Positions 1 through 19,000 of a stretch of DNA of 64,000 bases are shown piece after piece. The translations under genes and the position numbers were made by a program. How positions within the stretch are numbered: the stretch's first letter is position 1; every line of letters starts with the position of its first letter. Source of the DNA: Paraspadella gotoi (taxonomy: Eukaryota > Animalia > Chaetognatha); the NCBI GenBank assembly GCA_051294375.1, contig CM119267.1:19853546-19917545 (forward strand), in the 5' to 3' direction. Below the pieces are notes generated by a model. It was not told the DNA's origin. It saw only the letters and a list, made by a program, of their open reading frames with translations, and ran no database searches.

Positions 1-1064
1 AATCTTATGGCCAATATTCCATACCTATTTGTAAGCCCGATCTAGCGTCGCCCGTTGCGGCCCAAGGCGTCCCGGCCGCTCGCGACGGCTCGTCGTAAGA
101 GACGTAGTTTCCTACTGCCATTGCGTTTACGATGGAAGGCGCGTGCGTCGCGAAAACGATTCGCCCTTGATTTATCACGTGCACCCGAGCGACGCTGTCG
201 GCGACCAAAACGTAGGTGGCTTGAGATTCGGCGCTCGTCGGCAAGACGAACGAAGAGATGCAAGTGACGGCCGCCGAGGAGACCGACCCGAACGTCGGCG
301 TCTGAAAATATACTTCCGTAATTTAATATAATTTTGAAAATGTTATATAAATTATTAGCCTGGAAACCTAACCTCGAGCAAGTTAAGTCGCCATAACTCC
401 TTGGAAGGTTGAACCCCCGCTACGAGACCGGCGTCTCCACCGACGATGAGCGAAACAGTTCCGTCCAAGTCCTAACATTAGAATTCAAGTTTATCCCTGC
501 CGCGCCGATCGCGAATGAGAATTAAGAAAGCCGACCTCCGAAACTTCGAGACAGTCGAGCGACTCATTGGAGAGCGAGAGTCTAGACAAAATTTGTCCGT
601 TGCAAAAAATGGTGAGAAGACCACGCGAGTCACAGGTGATTACGTCTTTCGCGTGAACTTTGGTAACGTCGTGAACGACCATGGCCTAGAAATCGTTATT
701 TTTTTATATTTACAAATAATGGGTTATAAGTGAATTAGTCGCCATTAGGCATAATTAAATATTTAAAAATAAGTCATAAACGTGGAAACTTATTAACTGG
801 TAAATACTATTATTACGCCACCTGTAGGGCGTCGCCTTTCGTTTCGTGTTCGGCGACGAGCTTTAAATGGTTCGACGTCGCCGTCGTCCTGGCGACATTC
901 GAAGTCCCAATCTCGTACACGTAGACTTTTCCATCCTCAGCGGCAACGGCTAAACTAAGACCACGATGCCGAAAGATGGCGTCCACTGCGACGCAGTTAA
1001 AGGCGTGGGGAAGTTTTTGAGTCCAAAGAACTGAAAAGCGTGCCTCGAGTTCTTTGAACAACAT
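1..1064 (-). CDS. Uncharacterised beta-propeller-like protein, multi-exon, 3' end outside window
   Basis: Spliced frame MLFKELEARFSVLWTQKLPH...LAVAAEDGKVYVYEI / VITCDSRGLLTIF / DLDGTVSLIVGGDAGLVAGV / YVLVADSVARVHVI over four GT-AG exons. The repeated strand-turn-strand pattern is typical of WD40/FG-GAP-like propellers. Family not recognised. Confidence 0.6.
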
Positions 1065-1241
1065 TGCCACGACTACAAAGACAAAATATTTTCCTCTACT
1101 GAGGAAAGGAGCTCTGTGAAACAGGAAGCCTAAATTTTAAAACATTTCAAATGTTACAGCTTTTACTAAATAATTTTCATTTTAACAAAACAAAAGTTTT
1201 CATAATTAGTCGACGAATAAAGGACCATCAATCGTTTTAGC

Positions 1242-1570
1242 CTATGAAGCCGGGGTGGCGGCGGCGGCGGCGACGGCGGCGAGACGGGCAGCTTTCTCGG
1301 CCCATTGTCTCTCGTTCTGAGCGCGAACCTAAATGAAACAAAACAAGTAGAAAACCAAACTCTCACTGGCTTCCGATCTTGTACAAAGAAAACTTCACCA
1401 ACCTTCTTCTTTCCGAGCTTGTTGTTTTTCTTGGAAAATCTGAGGTTCCTCAAAAATTTACGATCCATCCCATCCTGGCTGGAATGACGATGGGTTTTGG
1501 GCTTCTTGATGCCGTTCCTGTGGTTCTTACGGTTCTGATTGTGGTGAGAATAATTCTTCGACTTGGCCAT
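1242..1570 (-). CDS. RPL29: 60S ribosomal protein L29 (eL29), 2 exons (1570-1403, 1328-1242)
   Basis: [48 protein letters not shown] is the eL29 signature. A GT-AG intron is followed by an Ala-rich tail [27 protein letters not shown]. Confidence 0.95.
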
Positions 1571-1759
1571 CTTTAATGTCAGTTAAACGTAAATTTAACG
1601 AGTTATCTGCTATAAAGCATAAAAATCTATTTGAAACTGGTTTTTCAAAATTGAAATTTTGGACAAAACAAATGTTCAAATATTTAATTCTTTTCTAAAG
1701 ATTGCTGAAAAAACTAATAAAATAACTACAAGTACGAGTAAAAGAGAATTAAGCTAGTC

Positions 1760-3490
1760 CTAGTTTTCTTCTGAATTCTCCTGAAACGCTTCCGCCATGA
1801 ATAATTTCCCGAGAGACTGTGCAGAGAACTGTCCGACTTGTTTGCAGTAGTTCGTGACCTAAACAACCACGCGTTACTCATGATTGGACCGAAACAGTAG
1901 TTTTTTTCTTTTTCAACTAGTAGATTTTCTTATTTACCTGATTGCTTATAAGCAAAGTATCCAACCGTATCGGAGCTGGAATCGGTTTGAATATTTTAGT
2001 CAAATCTTCTTCCGGCAACGGCTCTTCTCCACGTTGAACCCGTTGCGCATTTTCTTGTTGCCGTTTTTGAAGATACTGGAAAATAAATCATTGATGATCA
2101 GCATTGCTTACACCTTTTAAGAGTAGTTATGTCGCCAGAGAGTAAATAAAAAAATAGGAATCATGGAAATAGCTTTTGTTTTGTTTTCCCTTTTTATGCA
2201 TTTTTTTAAAAAATAATTACCTGCGTCTTTGCTTGGTTTTGTTTAAAAACTTGACGCTGATGATTGGTGTACTTGTTGATCTCTTGGGACATGTCGTCAG
2301 TAATGGTCAGTAACTGACGAAGAGTCTTTTGAAGGCTAGTTGTGGAACCCAAGTCAAGGTGATAGTTAACATCGAAGGGTTCTACTTTTTTGCTAGGGTG
2401 AAGAGCCCCCGTATTAAGTTCGCACTGGAACAAAAGAGTCAAGTTCGAAGCCGAGTTTTTCTCTTGAATTGCAAAAATGTAAATAATTATCGTTTTCAGA
2501 ATTAAACGCTCGCTCCATAATCACCATCAAAACGTTTTGGAGATTGGAATTTTTCACGTAAATCGGAATCTCTTCGAACATATTTTGAAAAGAGAACTTT
2601 GAATTTTTCAAACCGTCCACATTGAAATCGCCCTCTTTGTACAGATCCATCATGGCTCTTGTAAGCCTGTAAGCCTGAAATTTGGAAAGTAAATTTAATT
2701 TAAACCAGCTGCCTTATATAATATTTTGTTAATGTAATAACCTTAAAAGAGGGAAATCCTTGTGAGGTTTGGTGCGGGTCGTAAATGAGTGCCACCGATT
2801 CCTCGATGGAATGCTGATAATTAAACTGAGAGTCCAAGAACGCCTGAGAATAAAAACCCGTCGAGATGAAAGTTTGGACGAAATGCAAATTCAAACTTCA
2901 CTGCTTACTTTCGTGATGAAAGAGCCGTGGAAGGAGCTTTGGTACCAGCCGACGTGAAGGTGATCGACGTTGACGTGTCGCAGATGGCGCATCATTTCCA
3001 TTTGATATTGAACCTTTAAGACAATGATAGTGGGTAAGAAAAAGTAGATTAAGTATATGAATGGGGGAGGGGAATGCGAACCTCGTCGAATTCTTCGCCA
3101 TCTTCGCCACCGGCGTTTCGCGGAAAGGGGAAGCAGTTCGTGACTTCCAACCGATTGTCCGCGACTAATCCAAGCAGAACGCCCTGTTGATAAAATCCTT
3201 AATTTTATCTTACTGCTCTTCAATAATGTCAAAAAAAATGGATGTAACATGCCTGAACTAAATCACCGCCCGTTCCCTCTTCCGTGCAATGTTTAATAAT
3301 TTTCAGAGAGACGAATCCATCCATCTGAAATAAAAAGGTTATTGTACTAATCCCGACAGATTCAAGGCATTATTTACACATGACTTCTTTCAATAAAGTT
3401 TAATTTCACCTGAACATATGTGATGGGACTAGCGGATATAGAGGTGGAATCATTTTTGGACGTCGTTCGAGATCTTGACACTCCAGACAT
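1760..3490 (-). CDS. EIF3H: Eukaryotic translation initiation factor 3 subunit H, multi-exon
   Basis: MPN-domain motifs QGVLLGLV...[82 protein letters not shown] and [12 protein letters not shown] across short introns. Confidence 0.95.
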
Positions 3491-3683
3491 TGTTCTTTAT
3501 TCAGGAGAAATATTTTAAGCAAAGTTTTAAGGCTTTTGACCTAACGTAACATGGCATCAACAGACATGGTTTTCATTTAGAACACGAGATAAATAAAAAT
3601 TGCTCGAGAGAAAATTTCGTAACAGGTTTTTTTCCCCTAAAAAGGACTAGTCAAATACAAAAGTATCACATTAGAGCCGAATA

Positions 3684-10032
<6,349 letters not shown>

Positions 10033-10404
10033 CCTTTATTACTCTGGAGCGGACATTCTTGTATCTCAGGAAAGAGAAAAAAAAATTGAGCAGAGAAATA
10101 GAATTCCGTCGCAGGACGTAATATATGTAACATGATACATTTATAACACCTCTTTTTAAAAATTCGATCCTGTATATTTTCTCTATTAAATATTGTTGTA
10201 CCAATTTCATATAACGTTTTACGTATTTTACAATTTTATTAACGGCAAATGTGAAAATAGGGAAATTAATAAACATCGCTCGTTTTGGTTCTTTGAACTA
10301 CCTCCACAAAATATACAGGAATCGAAAAAGAAAGAAACCCATGGTGCCTTCTGTTTCGGGGAGAGGGAAAGTCATTAGATCGTCAATCACCCTCCCCCGC
10401 GGCG

Positions 10405-12365
10405 TCACAACGCGTGATGCGTCCAGATGTAACTGGGTTCCGACATCACGTGATGATGATGATGCTGGATCGCCGGCGGAGGCACGTGAATCGCCGGAGT
10501 GACGATCCCGGCGGCTGCGGCGGAGGCGACTTGTTCGTGGTGCGACGACGAAACGAGGGGAATCGTGGATAAAAGACCGACCGACGAGGCCGCTGACGCC
10601 GAGGTCGTCGACGAAACTATGGCTTCTCTCGAGGATGAGGGTTCGTTAGGAACCGGCGGGGCCGCAGCCGCAGCGGCCGCCAAGGAAGCGCCAAAATCTG
10701 CCGCTTCTAAGCTAGAAGTTTTAAATTCAGGATGAGACGAGTTGGAAATGACTTTGTTCAGAGTGTTCAATAGTTGCGCGTCCTCCTCGGAGCCCCACTC
10801 GGCGACGCCGTTGTTTCCCCGCGACGACGACACGGGCACCAATGAGGATGACGATGATGAGGAGGCGGCGGCGACCCCAGCGCCGACAGCGATGGAGGCT
10901 TTGACGATTTCAGACCATTTGATGCGGCATTGTTTCTCGGAACGAGTCTTGACGAGAGTGGCCACTTCGCGCCATTTTCCGGAGGTGATTACCCAAGAGT
11001 CTTGTTCCGATGAAGATCCACTCGACGGTCGCCCCACTTCGTGGACGGCCATTATGAGACGCTTCTCCTCTTCCGCCCCCCACTTCCCGTTGTTGAGAGT
11101 TCGATCCGATTCTTTGAATTGACGACAGCGGTCTTTCACCTTGGCAAAGTATTACATGTTTTGACCAGGCAATTTTTTTTCCTACATCACATAAATTCAA
11201 GAATATTTATCGAATAAATCTCTTATTACCGACTGAGCGCTTCTCCCGAGTTTCTCGCCGATCAACTTCCAGTCGGGACCGTACTGGTTGAGCAGCAGCT
11301 TGAGCGTCTGCAGTTCCGACTGCGTGTAGACGCCCTTGTGATTGTTAACGTCGTAGTCACGCTTGACCCGGCGATAAACGGCGAAAAGAGGGCGCTGCAG
11401 TCCTTTGGCGATGGAAGGGTAGAAGTCGCTACGTTCTTCTTTGCTCATGTTGAAAATTACGTGAGCGGGATCCTCGATGCCACGCGAGTGGCAGTACTCC
11501 TTTATGTTTTCGTTGAGTATGGCCACTTCCTTCGGTGAAAGATAAACAAACATTAAACATGACAATAAACAAATGCACCATTTTCAACTAGTAATAAGAA
11601 CCTACTTCCTGACTCCAAGCTCCCTGCTTCCAATTGATACCCTTGTCTTGCAAGGCCTCTTTGTCCTTCGCAGTGGTAAACCAAGCCTTGTTGAGGTCTT
11701 CGGCGGACTTGACATCACGAACGGCCGCCGATTCATTCCGATTGAAGCCGATTCCGAAGATCTCGGAGGGATCTATATCCGGACCCTTGATCTCACCAGT
11801 GGAGGGATCGAAACCGGTCTCGTACTGAATGGGTTTCCGGTCGGGAAGGCGCTGAGAAGGCTTGGGCTTTTTTAACTTGACTAAGGCGGCGGCGGTGGCA
11901 GCGGGGGTGGAGGGAGAACCAGACTTTTTGCCTCCCGAATCTGACAGACACGAGGCGGCAGCGTTTACAGATCGATTCGTTGCAAATTACCAAGAAAAGA
12001 ACCGAACTCACGAGGGCGTTTCCTGCCAGAGGAAGAGACCCAGGCCGCAAGCGGGACGGCCGCTTCCTCCCCTTCGCCGCCAGCGAATCCCTCCGGACAT
12101 TGGAGGAAAAAGATTTTGCCATCCGCGTCCTGGATGCAAATCCGTTTCCCTCCTGGAATGTGGGGAAAGGTTGTTTTTGATCAAGTCTTATTTAAGAAAT
12201 TAGCTACATAGTGAGGCGACTTTTTTTTATAATTTTTTTTTTTACACTACCAGATTTTTCGTGGGAAACGTCGCCGGACGACGGGGAAGCCTTCTCTGTT
12301 TTTATCCTCCTTTCCGTTCGCTCGCTTCCATCGTCTTCGCCGGACGGAAAGGAAGCCGCGGACAT
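10405..12365 (-). CDS. DMTF1: DMTF1/TTF1-family Myb-repeat transcription factor, paralog A (4 exons)
   Basis: GINWKQGAWSQEEVAILNENIKEYC...FYPSIAKGLQRPLFAVYRRVKRDYDVNNHKGVYT...WKLIGEKLGRSAQSVKDRCR...GKWGAEEEKRL...WREVATLVKTRSEKQCRIKW. The ATG at 12365 follows a TTTCAG at 12397-12402. Confidence 0.85.
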
Positions 12366-12741
12366 AAGTCAAAGACTCGATTTAAAAATATGGCGGCTGA
12401 AATATGGAAAATTATTTCGGTAAGAAATAAACGATGATACGAACAGTGATTCAAATAGGCAACCCCATTAAATGTCGGTGGGGATAAATTCGTTTTATAA
12501 ATATAAATTAACAAATAAATCAGATCCGGCCCGATTGCTTTAGGTCTTTTTTTTTTCCACAATGGAATGAAAGAGGACGAGAAAAATCTATGGAGCGAAG
12601 AGCAAAGCATAGACCTTTAAAACGCAAGCGTGGACGCAATCATATAAAAAATTCATTACATTTTCAACTAGTTCTATTGGGGCTATAAAATAAAAAGTTC
12701 TTAAATCTAATAATCTAGATATATCGAATAGTGGCGGTCTC

Positions 12742-15700
12742 CTATTGCGTAACATAACTCAATTGGAGATTGGCAAACGTTTCGTCGTCAACTCCCTCGA
12801 ACAAAATCAACTCTTCCTGAGGTTTTGGAAAATGCGCGACGACGAGATCCACGTTTTGAGTCGAGTGATGCTGCAGGTGCTCTTCCTGAGGCTGCAGCGG
12901 TTGCAGTTGCTGCGCGTGAACCTGCTCGTGCAACACGGGCAAGGAGGCAAACGTGAATGGAGTCACGGAAGTCAATTGTACCGGATCCGGCGTGAGGACC
13001 CGATTCAAGTTCCGCAAGAGAGCCAAGTCTGTCGTCTTTTCTTCGGCGGCTTCGCAACGACTGGCTTGTGAGCGTTTCAGCGTTTCCGCCCACTTCTTTC
13101 GGCACTGCATCGAGGTACGAGTCTTAACGAGCGCCGCTACTTGCGTCCACGAAATCTCTTCGAGCTCCTTCCGGCCTCGACCGACTTCGTGGACGGCGAC
13201 GATTAGTTTTTTCTCTTCGGTGGAGTTCCACTTTCCGCGGTTATAGCCTACTAAGCGGTCCTTGGGCGCCAAGTGCCCGCGACCCGACTTGGTTCGACCG
13301 TCATGCATGTTGCGGCACCGATCCCTGACCGACTCTATGGACCGTCCGAGAGTTTCTGCTATGCGTTTGTAGTCGTTGCCGTATTCCTGTAATCAAGACC
13401 GGGGGAATATAATTATTCCATATAAATCAGGGATCTAAACTTCGTCCGTCTCCTCTTCCTACGTTTATGAGGGCGCTGAGCCTTTCAAGTTCCGAAGGAG
13501 AGTAAACTCCTTTGTGGTTGTTGGGATCGTAGTCTCTCTGCACGCGCCGATAAACGGCGAAGACTGGTCGACGAATTCCACGCGAAATAATGGGGTAAAA
13601 GTTTTTTCGATCCTCTTTCGACATGGAGAAGATCACTGAGCAAATGGGAAACACGAGATTTTTTGTTTTTTGAGACAAAAATACACATTTGAATAAGAGT
13701 CACTAAGGCCTTAGTCTAATCAAAAAGCAAAGTTATAGAAAGAATCATTTCAAGGTTTTCTTTTTGTGCTTGAAATTAGAATTAAATGAAAAGTTTTGTT
13801 TTCTTGACAGACAACGATTTTGTTTTTATTTGCCTTCATTATTTTTCTCTAATGAAGGGTAACATATTAGCCGATATCTATACCTTTTTCTTCTTGAAAA
13901 TAAAACTCATTTCGTTGTCTGTCGACAGAACAAAAATTGTTATTTAATTCCAATAAAACTTAACTAACTTACAAGCCATCTAACAGCAAATAGAATCTAA
14001 AATTCCCACCCGCTCCTATTTACCTTTGGAAGGATCGTCGTGTCCCCGTTGAAGACAGTAGTTCTTTATGTTCTCGTCAAGCACTTCGACCTCGTCCTCG
14101 CCCCAAGGACCTTCGCGCCACTGAATGCCCTTGCTACGAAGGATCATCTTGTCCCTGGGCGTGAGCGTCCACAACTTGCAGACGTCGTCGGCCGAGTTGA
14201 CCTCGCGTTCGACCAGCGGCGCCGTCGGAAGTTCGGAGAGGTCGATGTTGGGTCCCTTGACTTCGCCGGTGGCGGGGTCGTAGCCAGTTTCGTATTCAAT
14301 CTCTGGCTCCTCGCATTTCGGCGCGGATCCCAAACCCATCTCCGCCTGCTCGATCTCTTTTCGGATTTTCTTCGTCAAGTTTTTAACCCGGCGTCCGATT
14401 TTTTCGGGATTTTTTGGTCGGACCGAGGTTCGGGAATGCGGATGAAGATGGATGGTCGGTTCTGGAAAGGAGTAATTTATATTATTAATTAAATGATTAT
14501 AATTTACTCGTTAATAGTTACTTTAATAAAATACATACTGTGTCGATAACCACACGGCACTTTTTGCGAATACAGTAGTATTTTAGTAAGGTTAAATCGA
14601 ATGAAAAAGGTCAATTAGAAAAACGAAACCAAATAAAGAAGGAATTCGGAGTAAAATTAAATTGTTTTAAATGTAGATTGTACTGTTTAGTGTAGATTAC
14701 AGACCGAGAAATTAAAACGTCCTCCTATTTACCCACCTAATGACAGATCAGGAAGCACCGACATCACTTGATTATTGAGATCCTGAGATCTGAGCGGAGG
14801 ATTAATCAATTCGGGCTTTCGATCATTGGCGACGACGTTTGAGAGCCAAGCCGAGAGTTTTTGAGATGAAGAGAGGCTCGAAGAGTTGGAGGATGTGGAA
14901 GAACCACCGACTGACCCGAGAGAATTTGAGTTTTGGTTCGGAGAGCGACTTACCATACTGGACGGGAGTTCTTCCGGCTTTTCTGGAAATTGACAGAAAT
15001 GAACTTTTTCGCAAAAAGAAAAAAAGAAATAATTTAGAATCCTGTCACTTAGTTACTAACCTTTGGATTGAACAGAGAAACCTTCAGGACACTGAACGTA
15101 AAAAATCTGACCGTCGGCGTCTTGGATGAAGATTCTTTTCCCGCCGCTGCTATTGTCATCCTCATCTTCGGAGAGCATGCCGTACTATATGGGAGAAAGA
15201 ATTAATAAAATCGAACTCGTGTGGCGGTATATTCACACCGCCTCACTCGACTAATTAAATTGAAAAACGACTTACGGTGTTTGACCTAACCTCGTAAGGC
15301 ACAAGGTCTTCCTCGACTTCGATGAACGCGTTGATGTTTGAAAGCGAGAGGTCGCCGAGTGCGGGTTCCTTCGTCGGCTCGAGCGCGTCGACGGAACCGC
15401 CTCCGGATATCGTTACATACTGATCCACGGCAGGAACGTCCAAAGCTTCTTCTTCGACGAGCACCTGTTAGGAAATTTTTTTACAAAACAACTCTCGCTT
15501 GCTCGATTATTTTTACACATATTTTACATTGACATATTTATATTCATGTTTAAAAGATTTAATTAAATCACCTGCAAAAATTCGCCTTCCATCTTGTTGC
15601 ACATTACATGATCTAGTTCGGCAGGGTCTATGGACTCAGTTGTTTCGACGACTTGCTCGTGAGCAAGCGTCACGGCGCCGACGTCACCGATGCCGTCCGT

Positions 15701-15751
15701 GTCGACGATGATGTTCTCAAGATCGCCGTTGATTTCACGGATCGAAATCAT
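12742..15751 (-). CDS. DMTF1: DMTF1-like Myb-repeat transcription factor, paralog B with long acidic N-terminus (7 exons)
   Basis: GIQWREGPWGEDEVEVLDENIKNYC...FYPIISRGIRRPVFAVYRRVQRDYDPNNHKGVYS...GKWNSTEEKKL...ISWTQVAALVKTRTSMQCRKKW. Upstream acidic exons (15751-15572, ~15464-15276, ~15185-15061, ~14983-14733) join through GT-AG introns. Confidence 0.8.
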
Positions 15752-16035
15752 GTTACTTGGGACATCAGTTAAGAGTGAGAGTGTGATTCATGTTTTTAGT
15801 TTTACGAAATGTATGACCACTTGCTGATAGAATATGATTCAAAAATAATCAGTGAAATGCATTTGGGCGGATGGTAATGTAAATAAGGGATCAAAAATGC
15901 GACATTGTCGAGGGAATAAAACTATCACAGACTTATGCGTTTGTGTTAAAAGTCAAAGGGGTACAAAAGGAAATTTCAAACTGTTTCAACAAATTTCAAC
16001 AAGAAAATTTCAATGCGGGACTAACAAATAAAAAA

Positions 16036-19000
16036 TTAAAAACCTAAATCTGGTCTCCGTGTCTGAGGGACGGGCGCAGACATCAAACCAACGCTTCCAG
16101 ACTTTTTTGGGGCGACGCCGCCAGCTTTACTCGTGGATAACCAAACGTCTGAAGACGTGGATGATGTTCCTCCACGACCCCGACGACTTGAGGTGGTCGT
16201 ACCGCCGCGCTTTTGGCGCTTTCCACTCTGATATCCCTGACTGCTACCTCCAGTCCGTTTTCTTTTATACCCGCCTCTTTTGCTTCCTCTCTTAAAGAAT
16301 TTTCCTCCCCTTCCTCGATAACTCCCAGGGGAAAAGTGTCGCGAAGTGGAACCGAAGTTTTCTAAATCGTCCTCTTCGTCGGAGACAAAGTCCGACTCTT
16401 GAAACTCGTTCTGTGATCTTTCCTCCCTGTCTTGAGCCTCGATCTGACGCACGGTAATTTGGCTGGCGAACTCTCGTGTGATATCCAAAAATCGCTCACA
16501 ACCGTACGTACGGATCTTCATGTCAGTGACGGCGGTTATCTTTCGGAAGTCACCCTCGTCCACCGGAAGTTTCCGGGACATTTCTCGGAGGGTTTCGTTG
16601 TTGTAAATAAGAGCGTAGCTGGTCTTGTTATGTTCTTGGGACAAATCCTTGACCAATTTGACCAGCTGTTCGTAACATTCCAAGCGCAGGTCTTCGTTCT
16701 TGTCGCGAATTTGAACAGAACTGTCGGAGGATTTCGCACCCAAATGCGCCGAACCGCGCAATGAAAAGCTTACAATCTCTAAGCCGGAAGAATCGAATAA
16801 GGGCCCCGCCTTGGGACCGCAGGCGACATAGGCGACCGCCGTATCATGAACCGTGATAGTCACATTCTCTTTAAGGTATTGATTTATGACCAGATGGCGG
16901 AGCAACCTCTCCACGTCGTTCTTTTTCCAATCTTTCAAGAGGGCAAAGGCAAACTGGTCAGATTTGTGTCCCGATTGCTCGATCCTCTGCGTATTAGCCC
17001 CTTTCACCACGTCCGCGAGGTACGCAAGAGTGAACTTTCCCGCATTGTACCCGCGACCGGTCTCGCACATTCTTTTCACGGCTGAAAGAATATTCTTGGC
17101 GATCTGAGTGGCGTCCATGACAACGCAATTGACAGAGTTTGAACAATTGTCGCAGGCAGGTCCGACTTTTTTGCAAAAGTGGCTGGTAAAATTATTTTCG
17201 CCAAAGTATTGCAACTGAATGACACGGCGACAGTCGACCGTGTCGTTGGCGTAGGCGACCATCCGATACAAGTTGTTAATATGAATCTTGATGGCTTCCT
17301 TGTTGGGGTTGTCCATTTCGATGATTCTCCTCATTCGAATGACATCTTGGTAGCTGTAATAGAGAATGCAAGTGGCTTCGTCGCCGTCACGACCGGCTCG
17401 ACCAGATTCCTGGTAGTAGCCCTCAATGGATTTCGGTAACGAATAGTGGATGACGTACCGGACGTCGGCCTTGTCGATGCCCATGCCAAAAGCGATGGTG
17501 GCGCAAACGACGAGCGTTTCGTCGCGCACCCATCGGCGCTGCGCGCTGCTCCGCTGATTGTCCGTCAGGCCGGCGTGATAGGGCTCGGCCTTGATTCCAG
17601 CGGAACGAAGAGCTTTGGCCACTGTATCGCACTCTTTGCGGGAAAGGCAGTAAACAATGCCCGATTTTCGATTAAAGTCGGATTTTATTCGTTCGATGAT
17701 TTGGTCAGTTATTAATTTAGGCTTCTTTTCAAACACCTTGTATCTCAGGTTTCCGCGGTTGAAGCTCTGCACAAACTGCTTGGCGCCCTTAATTCTCAGT
17801 TGGTGAAGCACGTCCGTCCTTACTCGCATGGTAGCTGTGGCAGTTAATGCCATGATGGGTGTGTCCTGATATTGTTCCCGAAGACTACACAGTTTCTTGT
17901 AATCGGGACGAAAATCATGACCCCACTGGGAGACACAATGTGCTTCGTCTATGACGAACATGGTCAACAACTTTCGACGGTACAGATTCTGCAGGCAGGA
18001 AGACAGTCTCCCAGAAGAGGACAATTTTTCGGGAGTGATGTACAATAGCTTGATCTCGATGGACCTCAATTGCAAATGATGAAATACCTCGTCGGTTTTC
18101 GATTGCGTCAGATCGGAAGACAAAAATTCAGCCTTAATGCTGTTCTCCCGCAACCTATCTACTTGGTCTTGAATGAGAGACTTTAAAGGCGAGACGACGA
18201 CTGTAACTCCGTCTTGGACCAAAGCCGGAAGCTGATAACACAGACTTTTTCCGCCGCCGGTAGGCATCAACACAAAAGTATCGTGACCCAACAAACAGGC
18301 GTTGATTGCTTCGAGTTGATTTTTACGAAAAGTTTTTAAACCGAATGTGTTTTTAAATATATTTCTCAACCTCGTGGAATGGGGATAGTTCTCGCGATTA
18401 AATTCTGGACCGTCGTCCTTGGGAGTTTCAGGTGCGACGTATGGCAGAGTTGATGAAGAATTCGAGGTAGAATGACTTTGCTGGTTGTTTATACGACCAG
18501 GTGTCGGGACTGACAAGAGAGGCGCCGATTTTTTCTGTTTCTCTTTCGCCACATCTTCCGGAGTTGACGATTGAGTACTATTCAACGTAAGATCGATGCG
18601 AATCGGTTTCTTCGGCGAATATTTACTCGAACTTTTTCTGGAATCTTTCGGAAAAACCGGTGTTGATACCTCGTTGTCGAAGATATCGTCGGCCCAAGAG
18701 CGGCTCGACAAGTCCGGAAAAGTTGTAGAAGATGTGGTCGCAATTTGCGAACGAGGTTGTTGGGAAGATCGACGACCAGTTACGGATGAGGTTTCGTTTA
18801 ACGAGTAGCTTCTATCCGTTGCCGACGCGCTTACTACTCCGACTAAATCTGAGATAACGGCTCTGACGCTCTTTCCTCCAAGCCGCTTACGCAAGGCGCG
18901 CATCTTGTTTAGTTCGATTTTCATCGAGGGTATTTGAGCGTTTTCTGTTTCCTCGACCGCGACGGCGATCGCCTCCAGACTTTCGACGTACTTCGCCAGA

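Noticed and set aside
13780-13950. Degenerate inverted repeat in DMTF1-B intron
   Set aside because: Only a short core (GACAGACAACGA) matches well and no TSD was found; probably an old MITE remnant.
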